From: an uncultured Oligoflexia bacterium
Lineage (GTDB): Bacteria; Bdellovibrionota; UBA1018; CAYHWW01
Assembly: GCA_964360145.1 (NCBI GenBank)
Contig: CAYHWW010000002.1
Coordinates: 3,473-67,472 of the forward strand
DNA length: 64,000 nucleotides
Direction of reading: 5' to 3'
A program made the translations under genes and the position numbers. The notes under the pieces were generated by a model. The model was given only the letters and a program-made list of their open reading frames with translations, had not been told where the DNA came from and did not search any database. Of the stretch, positions 42,221 through 52,065 are shown in pieces. Within the stretch, counting starts at the first letter, position 1, and every line of letters begins with the position of its first letter.

Positions 42221-42814
42221 TCAATCGATGGTTACAGCAGGAACAGCGGAGTCTTCAGCGGGCGTGATGACCGTGATGGAGTCCACTTCCACGTTATCAA
42301 CGCCTTGGAGCGTGACGCTGCCGAGGCCCAGGCTGAGCACAGCGGAGTCGCGGCTTTCGATGCGATCCAGGAACTGATCCACAGCGGCCTCAGATTCACC
42401 GCGCATTTCAGCTTCGAAACGCACAGTGCCGACAGTCATGGACGGATCCACGGCATGTTCGATGGCTACGCCCTCAAAGGAAGCACCATTCAGCGCCAAC
42501 GCACCGAAGCCCGTGGAGGGCAGCGTGATGGCGGCAGTCTTGGGCACGACGATGATGCCACCAGGGCGACCACCGCGACCGCGTCCACCACGAGGGGGGA
42601 CCACGATGACGGGACTGGGAGCAGGACGGTAGTAACCGGGGCGACGGTAGCCAGGGCGACCGTAAACGGGAACGGGACGAACATAAACGGGATTTCGATA
42701 GCCAGGATAGTAACCAGGGCGACGATAGTAATAGCCGCCGCGAACAAAACAACCAGAGAACAGCACTGCGCAGAGCAGCGCGGCAGATAACCTAATAAAC
42801 ATGATACCTCCCAT
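42221..42814 (-). CDS. hypothetical lipoprotein with Gly/Tyr/Arg/Pro-rich repeat region (RPGYY-type)
   Basis: Lipobox LFSGC; repeats YYYRRPGYYPGYRNPVYVRPVPVYGRPGYRRPGYYRP then RGGRGRGGRPGG; C-terminal globular part. Confidence 0.55.
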   Translation of the reverse strand: MGGIMFIRLSAALLCAVLFSGCFVRGGYYYRRPGYYPGYRNPVYVRPVPVYGRPGYRRPGYYRPAPSPVIVVPPRGGRGRGGRPGGIIVVPKTAAITLPSTGFGALALNGASFEGVAIEHAVDPSMTVGTVRFEAEMRGESEAAVDQFLDRIESRDSAVLSLGLGSVTLQGVDNVEVDSITVITPAEDSAVPAVTID

Positions 42815-42863
42815 GTGTAGGAGGCTATATCCACGCGCTGCGTCGAAATTGCAAGGACCTAGG

Positions 42864-43589
42864 CTAGGTTGTGGTCTCGGTGGCCTGTTTGGCCATGCCT
42901 AGGTAGGTGATCACTTCAGCGTTTCCCGGCTCTAGCCGGAGGGCCTGTTCCCACTCGCTCTGTGCGTCGATGACATTGCCCAGGGAGAAGTACATGAGGC
43001 CCAGATGGATGCGTGCCGGCAGATAATCGGGATGTTCCGCGCTGATTTGTTTGATTTCTTGGACGGCGCGGGTGGTGTAACCCTTTTTGGCGTAGGTTTT
43101 TGCGATCTTGATACGGTAATCCATCTGCTGGGGAGCAAGGCGCACAGCCTTGCTGTAATCCTCCAGGGCCTCATCGAAGCGGTTGTACTTGAAGTACAGG
43201 TCGCCAAGCTCGATATGTTTCAGCGCAAATTTGAGATCAAGGCTTGCGTCGCTGCCATGTTTTTTCTGGGGCAGGGATTGGTTTGCCATCTGATAGGCGC
43301 GCTTGGCGTCGTCGTATTTCCCGAGATCATTGTAGATGACACTCAACGTGATGGCGGAATCCGTGTATCGGGGGTCCATCTCCAGCACTTTTTTGAAGCA
43401 GTCTATGCTCTGTGCCAGGCTGTTTTGAAAATAATGGGTCATGCCCTTGAGATGGAGGGCGGACTTTTTGTGGGACTCCGGCGCCTGGGGTGATTGCAGC
43501 GTCGCCTCACACGCGGTCATGGCATCAGAGAAGCGCCGCTGTTTCAACATGCGCTGCACGGCATCCGCATCAAACGTGATGTGCTCCAT
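42864..43589 (-). CDS. TPR repeat protein
   Basis: Multiple 34-residue TPR units (AYQMANQ..., YRIKIAKTYAKKGY..., ALRLEPGNAEVITYLGMA). Confidence 0.75.
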   Translation of the reverse strand: MEHITFDADAVQRMLKQRRFSDAMTACEATLQSPQAPESHKKSALHLKGMTHYFQNSLAQSIDCFKKVLEMDPRYTDSAITLSVIYNDLGKYDDAKRAYQMANQSLPQKKHGSDASLDLKFALKHIELGDLYFKYNRFDEALEDYSKAVRLAPQQMDYRIKIAKTYAKKGYTTRAVQEIKQISAEHPDYLPARIHLGLMYFSLGNVIDAQSEWEQALRLEPGNAEVITYLGMAKQATETTT

Positions 43590-44317
43590 CAGATCCCCCG
43601 TTTCGCTTTGTCCGCGTACTCGCCGCTGGGAAAGCGGCTCAAGTATGAGCTTAACACATGGCGCGCTTCATCTGCCTTCTTCTGCTTGGCGAGGGACTCG
43701 GCCCAGCGGATGTATGCCCGCTGCTCGGCTTTTGAGCCGGCGTAGGTTTTTGCGATCTTTTGGAAGCGCAGGGCTGCACTCTCGTACTGCTCCTGTTTGA
43801 AGTAGAATTCCGCGATGTAGGCCTCTTTTTCAGCCAGTTTGTCCCTGGCGGAGAAGGCTCGTTGCTTGGCCTCAGGCATATGGGAGGAGTTGGGATAGAG
43901 CTTCTCCAGTTCGGCGAAGGCCTCGATGGATTTTACCCCGGGGGACTGATCGCGATCCACCGCGTCTGGCATCTGGTTGTAGTAGGATTCGCCAATGCGG
44001 AAGAGCACATAGTCGGCCCGTTCGTACTTGGGGTGGAGATCCCGGAAGGTTTCATAGGCGGCGGCCGCCTCAGGAAAGGCCTCTTCCAGGAAGGCCACAT
44101 CAGCGAGACGCAGCGCAGCCTGGGTGGAGAGATGACTGTAGGGGAACTTGTTCTTGATGATGCGGAGGCGTTCGGCTGCCTGCAGGTAGCGTTTCTCTTG
44201 AATGTCTTTTTCCGCTTCTTTGTAGAGCTCGTCGGGATTGCCCTCATCGATTTGTTTCGATGAACAAGCCGCGGAGAATAGAGAGATGGCGAGTGTGAGC
44301 GCGAGCAGTGCCTTCAA
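43589..44317 (-). CDS. bamD: outer-membrane protein assembly factor BamD-like lipoprotein
   Basis: Lipobox LFSAAC; BamD/YfiO-like TPR architecture (LYKEAEKDIQEKRYLQAAERL, FPYSHLSTQAALRLADVAF, YVLFRIGESYY). Confidence 0.7.
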   Translation of the reverse strand: MKALLALTLAISLFSAACSSKQIDEGNPDELYKEAEKDIQEKRYLQAAERLRIIKNKFPYSHLSTQAALRLADVAFLEEAFPEAAAAYETFRDLHPKYERADYVLFRIGESYYNQMPDAVDRDQSPGVKSIEAFAELEKLYPNSSHMPEAKQRAFSARDKLAEKEAYIAEFYFKQEQYESAALRFQKIAKTYAGSKAEQRAYIRWAESLAKQKKADEARHVLSSYLSRFPSGEYADKAKRGI

Positions 44318-44406
44318 GTGATTACCTCTTTGATTTCAATATCATGAACCATATGTGAGGGGTCGCCTTTCTTGCAACCGAAAATCCCCTATGTTAGCTT
44401 CGCACA

Positions 44407-45810
44407 ATGTCGCAAACGGTGTTCCAGGGCATGGTCGGAGATCAGGAGTATCGCCGCCTCAAAGACGCGCTGGTGCAGCGTCTTGAGAGCGGGCTTTCCC
44501 GAATCCAGGGTGTAAAAGCCCCACTGCCTGAACTGAAACAAAGTTACGAAGAGGCCGTCAAGGCCGTGGGCAAACTCCGAGGGCGTGATTTGTTCTACCC
44601 CTACATCGGGTCCGGCGCGGGCCACGGCCCCTTTGTGGAGCTTGGCGACGGCTCCGTGAAGTACGACCTCATCACGGGCATTGGCGTGAATTTCTTCGGC
44701 CATGGTCACATGGAGATGTTCAAGGCCACCTTTGACTCCCTCTGGTGTGATGTCATGCAGGGCAACCTGGGCCCCAATCCTGAATATGTCGGCTTGCTTC
44801 AGGATCTGGTGGGGGCCGTCGGGCCCAAAAGCCGGTTGAAACATGCATGGCTCACCACCTGTGGCGCCACAGCCAACGAGACCGCACTGAAGATCATCCG
44901 CCAGAAAAAATCCCCCGCAACCCGAGTCTTCGCATTCAAAGACTGCTTTGCGGGCCGCACCACCGCACTGCAGGAAATTACCGACAACGCAGCCTATCGC
45001 CAGGGTCAGCCCACTTATGGGGAGGTGCATTATCTCTCCTATTTCGATCCCAAGTTAAAATCCACGGCCGCGGAGCAAGCGGCCATTGTCGTGAAGCAAA
45101 TGAAAGAGGAGCTGGCTCGCAACCCCGGGCGTTATGCCATGTTGGAATTTGAGCTGGTGCAAGGAGAGGGGGGCTTCAACGTGGCGCCCCGTGAATTCAT
45201 GGTGCCCATTCTGCAAGAGGCCAAGGCGGCGGGTCTTGGCATTTGGGATGACGAGGTGCAAACCTTCGGCCGCTGCGGGGAAGTGTTTTGTTTCCAGCGT
45301 CAGGGGCTTGATGAGTTCATCGATGTTGTCACGGTGGGCAAGATGCTCCAGAACGCCGCGGTGCTCTACACCGAAGAGTACAATCCCAAGCCCGGCCTCG
45401 TTTCCGGCACCTTTGCGGGCTCCTCCGCGTCGTTGAGGGCGGCCCAGTGGGTGCTCCACGAATTGCGTGATAAATTCACTGGCACCAATGGGCGCATCGC
45501 ACAGCTGGAAAAGCTCACGGTGAGTGAGTTTGAGAGGCTGAAAAAAGGACCCGTGGGTAAGCACGTCACAGATTACACGGTCTTCGGTGGAATGATCGCC
45601 TTCACGGCGCTTCGTGGCACCCTCGATGACACGAAGAAGCTTTTGTTCCGTCTCTTTGAGAATGGCGTTGTTGCCTTCTATTGCGGCCATGGTCCCCATC
45701 GTGTGCGCATGCTGCCTCCCTTCGGCATCGTTACCGACACGCAATGGAAAGAGGTGTTTTCCATTATCGAGAAGAGCCTGGGCGAAACCGCCAAGGAGTT
45801 GGGTCTGTGA
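44407..45810 (+). CDS. class III (PLP-dependent) aminotransferase, succinylornithine/acetylornithine transaminase-like
   Basis: Fold-type I class-III motifs (GIWDDEVQTFGRCG, TVGKML PLP-Lys region); about 55-aa N-terminal extension. Confidence 0.8.
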   Translation: MSQTVFQGMVGDQEYRRLKDALVQRLESGLSRIQGVKAPLPELKQSYEEAVKAVGKLRGRDLFYPYIGSGAGHGPFVELGDGSVKYDLITGIGVNFFGHGHMEMFKATFDSLWCDVMQGNLGPNPEYVGLLQDLVGAVGPKSRLKHAWLTTCGATANETALKIIRQKKSPATRVFAFKDCFAGRTTALQEITDNAAYRQGQPTYGEVHYLSYFDPKLKSTAAEQAAIVVKQMKEELARNPGRYAMLEFELVQGEGGFNVAPREFMVPILQEAKAAGLGIWDDEVQTFGRCGEVFCFQRQGLDEFIDVVTVGKMLQNAAVLYTEEYNPKPGLVSGTFAGSSASLRAAQWVLHELRDKFTGTNGRIAQLEKLTVSEFERLKKGPVGKHVTDYTVFGGMIAFTALRGTLDDTKKLLFRLFENGVVAFYCGHGPHRVRMLPPFGIVTDTQWKEVFSIIEKSLGETAKELGL

Positions 45811-47291
45811 TCCAGTTTTTACAAGAGGCCGTGAAGCTCATTTCCATCAATTCCGTTTCGCAAAATGGAAGTGAGGAGATCGCCGCTTATTGCGCGGGCC
45901 TCATGACGTCCACGGGCTTCAGGGCGAATTTGCAGCACGTTACCCACTCCGTGGACGGAGTGAGCAAGCGCCAGTTCAACGTCATCGGGATCATGGGGGA
46001 CTCCCTTGTGGATTCCCGCACGCGGAAGGGGCTGTTGCTCAGCACACCCCTGGATACCCCCGCGCCAGGTCTTGCGGCGAACTGGAAGCTCGGAGGGGGC
46101 CAGCCCTTTAAGGCGACCCTCCTGGAGGATCGCATCATCGGTCTGGGAGCCGCTTCCGCCAAGCTCGACTTCCTGTGTAAATTAAAGGCCTGTGAGCGGT
46201 ATCGGGGGCGTAAGCTGCGCATTCCCATCTACCTGGTGGGTACCGCGGGCTCTGAGCTGGGCGGCCTTGGGGCGCGCTTCCTCGTGAAGTCCATGACAGT
46301 GAACCCGCAGTATGTGGTGGTGGGTGCCCCCACGGGTTTACGGGTGGTGACGACGCACAAGGCGACGGCGGTTTATCAGGTGGGGGTCAGCTACAATCAG
46401 CTGGAGCGTGATGCCAAGGGTTTCAATACGCGCATCGGCGTGCGCTGCACGGGTCGCTCCGCCCATGGGGGGTACCCGCAACACGGCGAGAACGCTATTT
46501 TGCGCACATTAGCGGTGGTCCAGAAAGTTCGCTCCGCCAATTTCCAGCTGAAGTTGGCGGGCGTGCGCGGTGGAGATACGCCGGCTAGCGTTCCTGATGT
46601 GGCCACTCTCGAGTTTTACATTCAAAACAGCGCCTTTGAGGATTTCAAAAAATTCTACCGCGAAGGTTTGTTGGCGAACGCGGAAGAAGTGGCTCACCTG
46701 CAAATCGAGTTCGGTGGCTTGGGCGAGTCCGGGGTGAAGTTCCTCGCGGACAATATTCTGGATGCCGTGCGATCCGTGCAGGAGTTCTTCGCGGGTCTCA
46801 AAGACAACCTCCTCTCTGCCCAGGACACAAGCTTTGACGAACCCCAGTCCACCGTGAATTTCAGCGGCATTCGAGAGCGGGCGGCTGGCGTGGATCTGTT
46901 CTTCGACGTGCGCCTGCTCCCATCATTGCAGATTGATTCCTTCGAAACGCAACTCAAAGAATCCGTGCAAAAACTCAACGGCGCTTATCCCAATCTCATG
47001 TTCACGCTCACGCGGGTACGGCACACCCCAGCCCTTACGGCTCGCCCCGGGTCATTGTTTTACGCCCAGGTCGTGGAAGCCCAGAAGGGGCTTACGCCGG
47101 TGGATGCCAACAAAAATCTGAGCATTTCAACTGAAGCAGCGGTGTACAGCGCATCAGGGTACGAGAGCGTGGTTTTTGGCCCGGGCGAGGCGGCTGGCAA
47201 CAGCCACGGACCCGATGAGCACGTGCTGGTGGAGCATCTGGACAAAGCCGTGCATTTCTATGATCGCCTCATCGAGAGGTTCTGTTTATGA
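45807..47291 (+). CDS. M20 family metallohydrolase (ArgE/DapE-like deacylase)
   Basis: Family membership rests on the CTGRSAHGGYPQHGENAI and VVFGPGEAAGNSHGPDEHV motifs; GTG 45807 overlaps the aminotransferase stop (ORF track start 45681 overlaps upstream gene). Confidence 0.65.
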   Translation: MIQFLQEAVKLISINSVSQNGSEEIAAYCAGLMTSTGFRANLQHVTHSVDGVSKRQFNVIGIMGDSLVDSRTRKGLLLSTPLDTPAPGLAANWKLGGGQPFKATLLEDRIIGLGAASAKLDFLCKLKACERYRGRKLRIPIYLVGTAGSELGGLGARFLVKSMTVNPQYVVVGAPTGLRVVTTHKATAVYQVGVSYNQLERDAKGFNTRIGVRCTGRSAHGGYPQHGENAILRTLAVVQKVRSANFQLKLAGVRGGDTPASVPDVATLEFYIQNSAFEDFKKFYREGLLANAEEVAHLQIEFGGLGESGVKFLADNILDAVRSVQEFFAGLKDNLLSAQDTSFDEPQSTVNFSGIRERAAGVDLFFDVRLLPSLQIDSFETQLKESVQKLNGAYPNLMFTLTRVRHTPALTARPGSLFYAQVVEAQKGLTPVDANKNLSISTEAAVYSASGYESVVFGPGEAAGNSHGPDEHVLVEHLDKAVHFYDRLIERFCL

Positions 47292-48334
47292 TCGTGCTCC
47301 GCGAGGTCACCGAAGACGACATCCCCGGCCTGGAGCGACTGTCCTCCATCGCCGCGGAGCGCCACCCGGGTTTCCTCAATGTGCCATCCGACCCGGAGGG
47401 CTGGCGGGAAAAGATCTCTTTTTCCCAGCACAGCTTCGCCGGGAAGTTGGAGTCCCCTCATGCCGGGAAATATATCTTCGTCGCTGAAGACACGGAGAGC
47501 AAGCACGTCGTGGGCATTTCCATGGCCGCATCCCAGCACGGCACCAAGGATAGCCCCCATTTTTATTTTGAAGTGGGCCACGAGCAAAAGTTCAGTCAGA
47601 CCATCAACACCGGGTTCATCCATGGCACGTTGAGTCTCAAGATCGAATACGATGGGCCGACGGAGATCGGTGGTCTCCTCGTGGACCCTGAGAGCCGCAA
47701 CACGCCGGACCGCGTGGGACGCCAGATCTCGTTCGTGCGCTTTCTCTACATCGGCGCTCATCGCACGAGTTTTCGTGATCATATTCTGGCTGAGCTGCTC
47801 CCCCCCCTCACGAAGAAGGGCAAGTCCCCTCTTTGGGAAGCCGTCGGACGACGCTTTACCAATATGGACTACTGGGAGGCGGACTATCTCAGCTCAAAAA
47901 ATAAAGAGTTCATCCTCTCGCTTTTCCCGAGCGGTACCATCTACGTCACCTTTCTTCCCGCCGATGCCCGGAATTCCATTGGTAAAGTAAGCAAAGAGAC
48001 CGAGCCCGTCATGCATATGCTCAAAAAGGTCGGATTCAAATATTTAAACCAAGTGGACCCCTTTGACGGAGGCCCCCATTTGGTCGCCCGTACCGATGAG
48101 GTGACGCCCATTCAAAAGGTTGCGCCCTTAGCCTATGGCGGCACGCTCAGCGAATCCGGTGAATCCGAAACGGACACAAGCGGCATTGCTTCGCCCAAGG
48201 ATGCCAAGCCGTTCCGAGCTCTCTCTGTGAGGGGCGTAGTCAAAAATGGGGCATTGTACACTGACCACCCCGGAATCAAGTCGTATCTTGGCTTGAAACC
48301 TGGCGATGCAGTGCTGTACATGCCCTACTACTGA
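47288..48334 (+). CDS. astA: arginine N-succinyltransferase family protein (AstA/AruF-like)
   Basis: AstA-family architecture (MIVLREVTEDDIPGLERL..., HGTLSLKIEYDGPTEIGGLLVDPESR, FPSGTIYVTFLP); about 348 aa. Confidence 0.8.
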   Translation: MIVLREVTEDDIPGLERLSSIAAERHPGFLNVPSDPEGWREKISFSQHSFAGKLESPHAGKYIFVAEDTESKHVVGISMAASQHGTKDSPHFYFEVGHEQKFSQTINTGFIHGTLSLKIEYDGPTEIGGLLVDPESRNTPDRVGRQISFVRFLYIGAHRTSFRDHILAELLPPLTKKGKSPLWEAVGRRFTNMDYWEADYLSSKNKEFILSLFPSGTIYVTFLPADARNSIGKVSKETEPVMHMLKKVGFKYLNQVDPFDGGPHLVARTDEVTPIQKVAPLAYGGTLSESGESETDTSGIASPKDAKPFRALSVRGVVKNGALYTDHPGIKSYLGLKPGDAVLYMPYY

Positions 48335-48349
48335 GGTGAGGTCCTAACG

Positions 48350-49882
48350 ATGAGTTCGATGAAGCGCTCCTATGAGAAGCTGCTGACGCCAGCGGGCAAC
48401 TATATTGCCGGCACTTTTTCAAAACCCAAGGATCAGGCAGGGGTCATTACCATCAAAAGCCCCGCGGATTTCAGCGATGTGCTGGGGGCTTTCACCTATT
48501 GTTATCAAGACGTGGATACTGCCGTTGCTTCAGCGCGGGATGCCTTCGAGGGTTGGCGCAACTCCGCCCAATCCACGCGGACTGAGTATCTGGTGAAGTA
48601 CCGTGATGCGCTGAAAAAAATCGAACCTCGCCTGGCGGAGGTCATTGCGCGTGAAGTGGGCAAGCCCCTTTGGGAAGCCAAGGGCGAAGTGTCCACGATG
48701 ATCAACAAAGTGGACGTCACCATCAATGAGGGTTTGCCTCGGGTAGAGGCTAAGGCCATCGTCGGTATCATGCCAGGCACAACGGGCATCACTCAGTACA
48801 GGCCTCACGGCGTGTTCTTGGTGTTGGGGCCCTTCAATTTCCCTGGTCATCTAGCCAATGGCCACATTGTTCCCGCGCTGCTCGCGGGCAATACGGTGAT
48901 CTTCAAGCCGTCAGAAAAAAGTCCTGCCACCGGGCAGCTCATGGCTGAGGCTTTTCATGAGGCCGGTCTTCCCAGGGGCGTATTTAATTTGGTGCAGGGA
49001 GAGCGAGAGGTGGGCCGTAGGCTCACCACCCATGAGGGCATCGACGGGATTCTCTTTACGGGCTCTTATGAAGTGGGCCTGAAGATCAAGCAGGATACGC
49101 TGCAGCAGCACTGGAAGCTCTTGGCTCTTGAGATGGGAGGCAAGAACGCCTCTCTTGTGTGCGAGGATGCCGCGCTGGACGCCGCTGTGTATGAGATTCT
49201 GAGCAGCGCGTTTCTTACCGCGGGCCAGCGGTGCACGGCCACTAGCCGGGTGTTGGTGCACCGCAAACTACACGCTGCGTTCATCGAACGCTTCCACGAA
49301 AAGGCGAAAAAGTTCCAGATTGGCCATCCCCTGGACAATCCGTTCATGGGGCCGCTCATCGATGGGGCCGCGGTGGAGAAATACATCATGTTCACCGGCA
49401 TCGCGGAGCGTGAAGGCTGCGAGATTATCATGAGGGGCAAGGAGCTGCAGACCGACTACAACGGGCACTATGTGACCCCCTCCCTTTGCTTGGTAAAAGA
49501 CACCTCGCTGCAAGCCGTGAAGAAAAGCGTGTATCAACAAAGCGAGATCTTCGGCCCCAATGTGGCGATCTATTCTTTCGATGATCTGGACGAGGCCGTG
49601 AAGTTGGCCAATGCCACTCAATTTGGCTTGGCGGCCAGCATTTTCACGGCGCGGCACGACACGTTCCTGAGGGCGTCACGGGATATTCGGGCCGGCCTCA
49701 TCAACTGGAACCGCTCCACTGTGGGCGCCTCCTCGCGACTGCCCTTCGGTGGCATCAAGCGCAGCGGCAACCATGTGCCCGCCGCCATCGCTGCCATCGA
49801 TAGCTGCGTTTACCCCGTGGCCACCCTCGAAGTAGAGGCGCCGACGGTACCTACCCAGGTGTTGCCCGGCCTGGGGTGGTAG
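48350..49882 (+). CDS. astD: succinylglutamate-semialdehyde dehydrogenase
   Basis: Closely matches the AstD sequence as I recall it (GKPLWEA.GEV..MINK; RPHGVFLVLGPFNFPGHLANGHIVPALLAGNTVIFKPSE; ALEMGGKN; TAGQRCTA). Confidence 0.88.
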   Translation: MSSMKRSYEKLLTPAGNYIAGTFSKPKDQAGVITIKSPADFSDVLGAFTYCYQDVDTAVASARDAFEGWRNSAQSTRTEYLVKYRDALKKIEPRLAEVIAREVGKPLWEAKGEVSTMINKVDVTINEGLPRVEAKAIVGIMPGTTGITQYRPHGVFLVLGPFNFPGHLANGHIVPALLAGNTVIFKPSEKSPATGQLMAEAFHEAGLPRGVFNLVQGEREVGRRLTTHEGIDGILFTGSYEVGLKIKQDTLQQHWKLLALEMGGKNASLVCEDAALDAAVYEILSSAFLTAGQRCTATSRVLVHRKLHAAFIERFHEKAKKFQIGHPLDNPFMGPLIDGAAVEKYIMFTGIAEREGCEIIMRGKELQTDYNGHYVTPSLCLVKDTSLQAVKKSVYQQSEIFGPNVAIYSFDDLDEAVKLANATQFGLAASIFTARHDTFLRASRDIRAGLINWNRSTVGASSRLPFGGIKRSGNHVPAAIAAIDSCVYPVATLEVEAPTVPTQVLPGLGW

Positions 49883-49912
49883 GCACGGTTCTTAGGGCCT
49901 GACTTTCGGCCA

Positions 49913-51073
49913 TCAAAACCACTTCCAGAACCAATATTTCTCAAACAGGATTTTGAGAATGTGCCAGCGAAGCGCGGGTGGCTTTATCGCAACGGCTGGA
50001 GCGGGCTCGGCGTAGAAATTTCCACTTCCGATTCCTGCCCTGTGATCGCCGGTTTCGATGAAGCACAGTCCGTGACCGTCAAAGGAGCGGGCCTCGCCCT
50101 GCCGCCCGGTCCATTCGTGGGCGATATTGTGCGCGACAACCTCGGCCTGTCCATGTGCGAACACACCAGCTTTAGGAAGTGGTTTCCCCATTTTGAGCGG
50201 AACTGCGACGACATCCCCGATGGCATAGACCCCTTGGTACTTCGTCTGAAAGGTGTGGTGGTCGACGACGCCCCAGCCATTTTCGGAGACTAGCCCAGCC
50301 TGTTTCACGACCTCGGGCGCACGATGCGGTGGGACATAGAACAGCAAATCAAAATTCGCAGTGGCACCCCCGGAGAACGAGATTTTTCTGGCCGTGGGAT
50401 CAACTTCCATCACCTGGTGGCTTGGGTAGTATTTGATCCCCTTGGATTCCACTATCTGGCGAACAGCAGCGGAAACCTTCGGTCCCGCCGTTCCCATTGG
50501 ACCGGGCTCCGCGGTGTAGAGAGCAATCTCGATCTTATTGCGTGTGCCGTGCTTCCGACAGAAGGATTCAACCAACATGGCCGCTTCGTAGGGAGCCGCC
50601 GGACATTTGTACACGGGGTTTGTCGTCAGGATCACGATCTTTCCGCCTCGGAACGCTGCAAGATCCACGTAAATCGCGCTTGCCCCGTCGAGAGTGTAGA
50701 TGTTTCGACCCACATCATTCAGTCCTGGAATAATCTCGGGAGCCAGCTCGGCGCCCAGAGAAATGACTATGGCATCCCCGGAAAGCTCCCGTCCCGCGAC
50801 CCGGACGGTTTTCGTCTCGGGGCTGATCTTTTCGATTCGACCCCTGACAAATTCGATTCCCTTTCGATTCAGGAGGCTCAGAGGACGCACGATTTGTTCC
50901 GCTCGCCTCATCCCGATCATTACCCACAGAAGGGAGGAGGCAAAGATGTGTTTGTCCTCCTGGTCAATCACAATGATTCGATGTTGCCGCGGTAGCAACT
51001 TTCGTAAGGTATTCGCCGCGACAACACCACCAACTCCACCGCCCAAGATCAAAGCTGTTTTTACGTCGTTCAT
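49913..51073 (-). CDS. FAD-dependent pyridine nucleotide-disulfide oxidoreductase, sulfide:quinone oxidoreductase-like
   Basis: N-terminal FAD motif ILGGGVGGVVAA, second dinucleotide fold, conserved Cys in KCPAAPYE, C-terminal amphipathic tail; adjacent to DsrE. Confidence 0.7.
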   Translation of the reverse strand: MNDVKTALILGGGVGGVVAANTLRKLLPRQHRIIVIDQEDKHIFASSLLWVMIGMRRAEQIVRPLSLLNRKGIEFVRGRIEKISPETKTVRVAGRELSGDAIVISLGAELAPEIIPGLNDVGRNIYTLDGASAIYVDLAAFRGGKIVILTTNPVYKCPAAPYEAAMLVESFCRKHGTRNKIEIALYTAEPGPMGTAGPKVSAAVRQIVESKGIKYYPSHQVMEVDPTARKISFSGGATANFDLLFYVPPHRAPEVVKQAGLVSENGWGVVDHHTFQTKYQGVYAIGDVVAVPLKMGKPLPKAGVFAHGQAEVVAHNIAHEWTGRQGEARSFDGHGLCFIETGDHRAGIGSGNFYAEPAPAVAIKPPALRWHILKILFEKYWFWKWF

Positions 51074-51082
51074 GATGTGCCC

Positions 51083-51433
51083 CTAAAATACGATGACTTT
51101 ATCGGCCCAGACGGTCCAAGCGGTTAGCTCATCAAGCGTGCTTCGCTTGGCGCCTTCCATGAGTTCTTGTTCGGTGATCCCACGCGCATCCATGCACGTC
51201 CCGCAGACGCCGATTTCTGAATTGTGGCGAACGACACTCTTAATCATGAGTTCGATGTTGTAGTACCCTTGAGGAAGCTTGTGGCCCTTCTTGGGACAGG
51301 ATGCCGCGTCTCCCATCAGGAATACTTTAACCTGCTCACCCTCGCGTTTAGCCAACGAGCCCGCGAGCCGCAGGCCGTTGTAGCTTCGCTCAGTTCCGTA
51401 GGGGGCATCATTCAGAATAAAAAGTGTCTTCAT
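51083..51433 (-). CDS. DsrE/DsrF/TusD-family sulfur-relay-like protein
   Basis: MKTLFILNDAPYGTERSYNGLRLAG...GVCGTCMDARGI, typical DsrE fold with conserved Cys; start placed at internal ATG 51433. Confidence 0.7.
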   Translation of the reverse strand: MKTLFILNDAPYGTERSYNGLRLAGSLAKREGEQVKVFLMGDAASCPKKGHKLPQGYYNIELMIKSVVRHNSEIGVCGTCMDARGITEQELMEGAKRSTLDELTAWTVWADKVIVF

Positions 51434-51594
51434 TTTTCGCTCCTCTTCAGCGGTTCCATATTGGTCATCCTTCTCAAAACCGTTCAAGGCACAAAGCGTC
51501 GCGTGTGACCTGGCCGGTAGGCACGGTCAATGCAATGGGATGGGCAAGGGGAACGGAATGCCCCGAATTGGTACATCCACGGAGAGGATCGCCC

Positions 51595-52059
51595 ATGGAT
51601 CTGAAAAAGAAGACGGCCTTTGGCATTTACAAAACTGAATCCGAGGCTTGGGCTGGGGTTAACGCGCTCCATAGAGCGGGCTTTTCCGGCTACGAGATGA
51701 GCATGATGACAAGCGAAGGAAAAGCCCCCGACACCGGGACCGCGGAGGGCGCGGCCGTGGGCGCTTTAATCGGGGGATTCGTGGGTATATTCGTTGGGCT
51801 TGGCGCCATCGCGATCCCTGGCATCGTGCCCCTGATCGTGGCGGGGCCCGTTATGGGGACACTGAGCTGCGCACTCATTGGCGGCTTGATCGGTGCGTTC
51901 GTCGGCCATAGGCGCCCTGATGGTGGCAAGGTCTTGATGGCTGTGCACATTGAAACCGCGGGAGACATGGAGCGCGCCGTGGGTGAGCTTGAACGCACAG
52001 GCGCCACGGAGATCACCACGAATACGGTGTTTCAGAATGAAGCGAGAGCCAGCAGCTGA
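51595..52059 (+). CDS. small membrane protein with glycine-zipper TM segments (general-stress-protein-like)
   Basis: GGAGAGGA RBS then ATG 51595; GxxxG-rich hydrophobic core GALIGGFVGIFVGLGAIAIPGIVPLIVAGPVMG. Confidence 0.5.
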   Translation: MDLKKKTAFGIYKTESEAWAGVNALHRAGFSGYEMSMMTSEGKAPDTGTAEGAAVGALIGGFVGIFVGLGAIAIPGIVPLIVAGPVMGTLSCALIGGLIGAFVGHRRPDGGKVLMAVHIETAGDMERAVGELERTGATEITTNTVFQNEARASS

Positions 52060-52065
52060 AGATGA

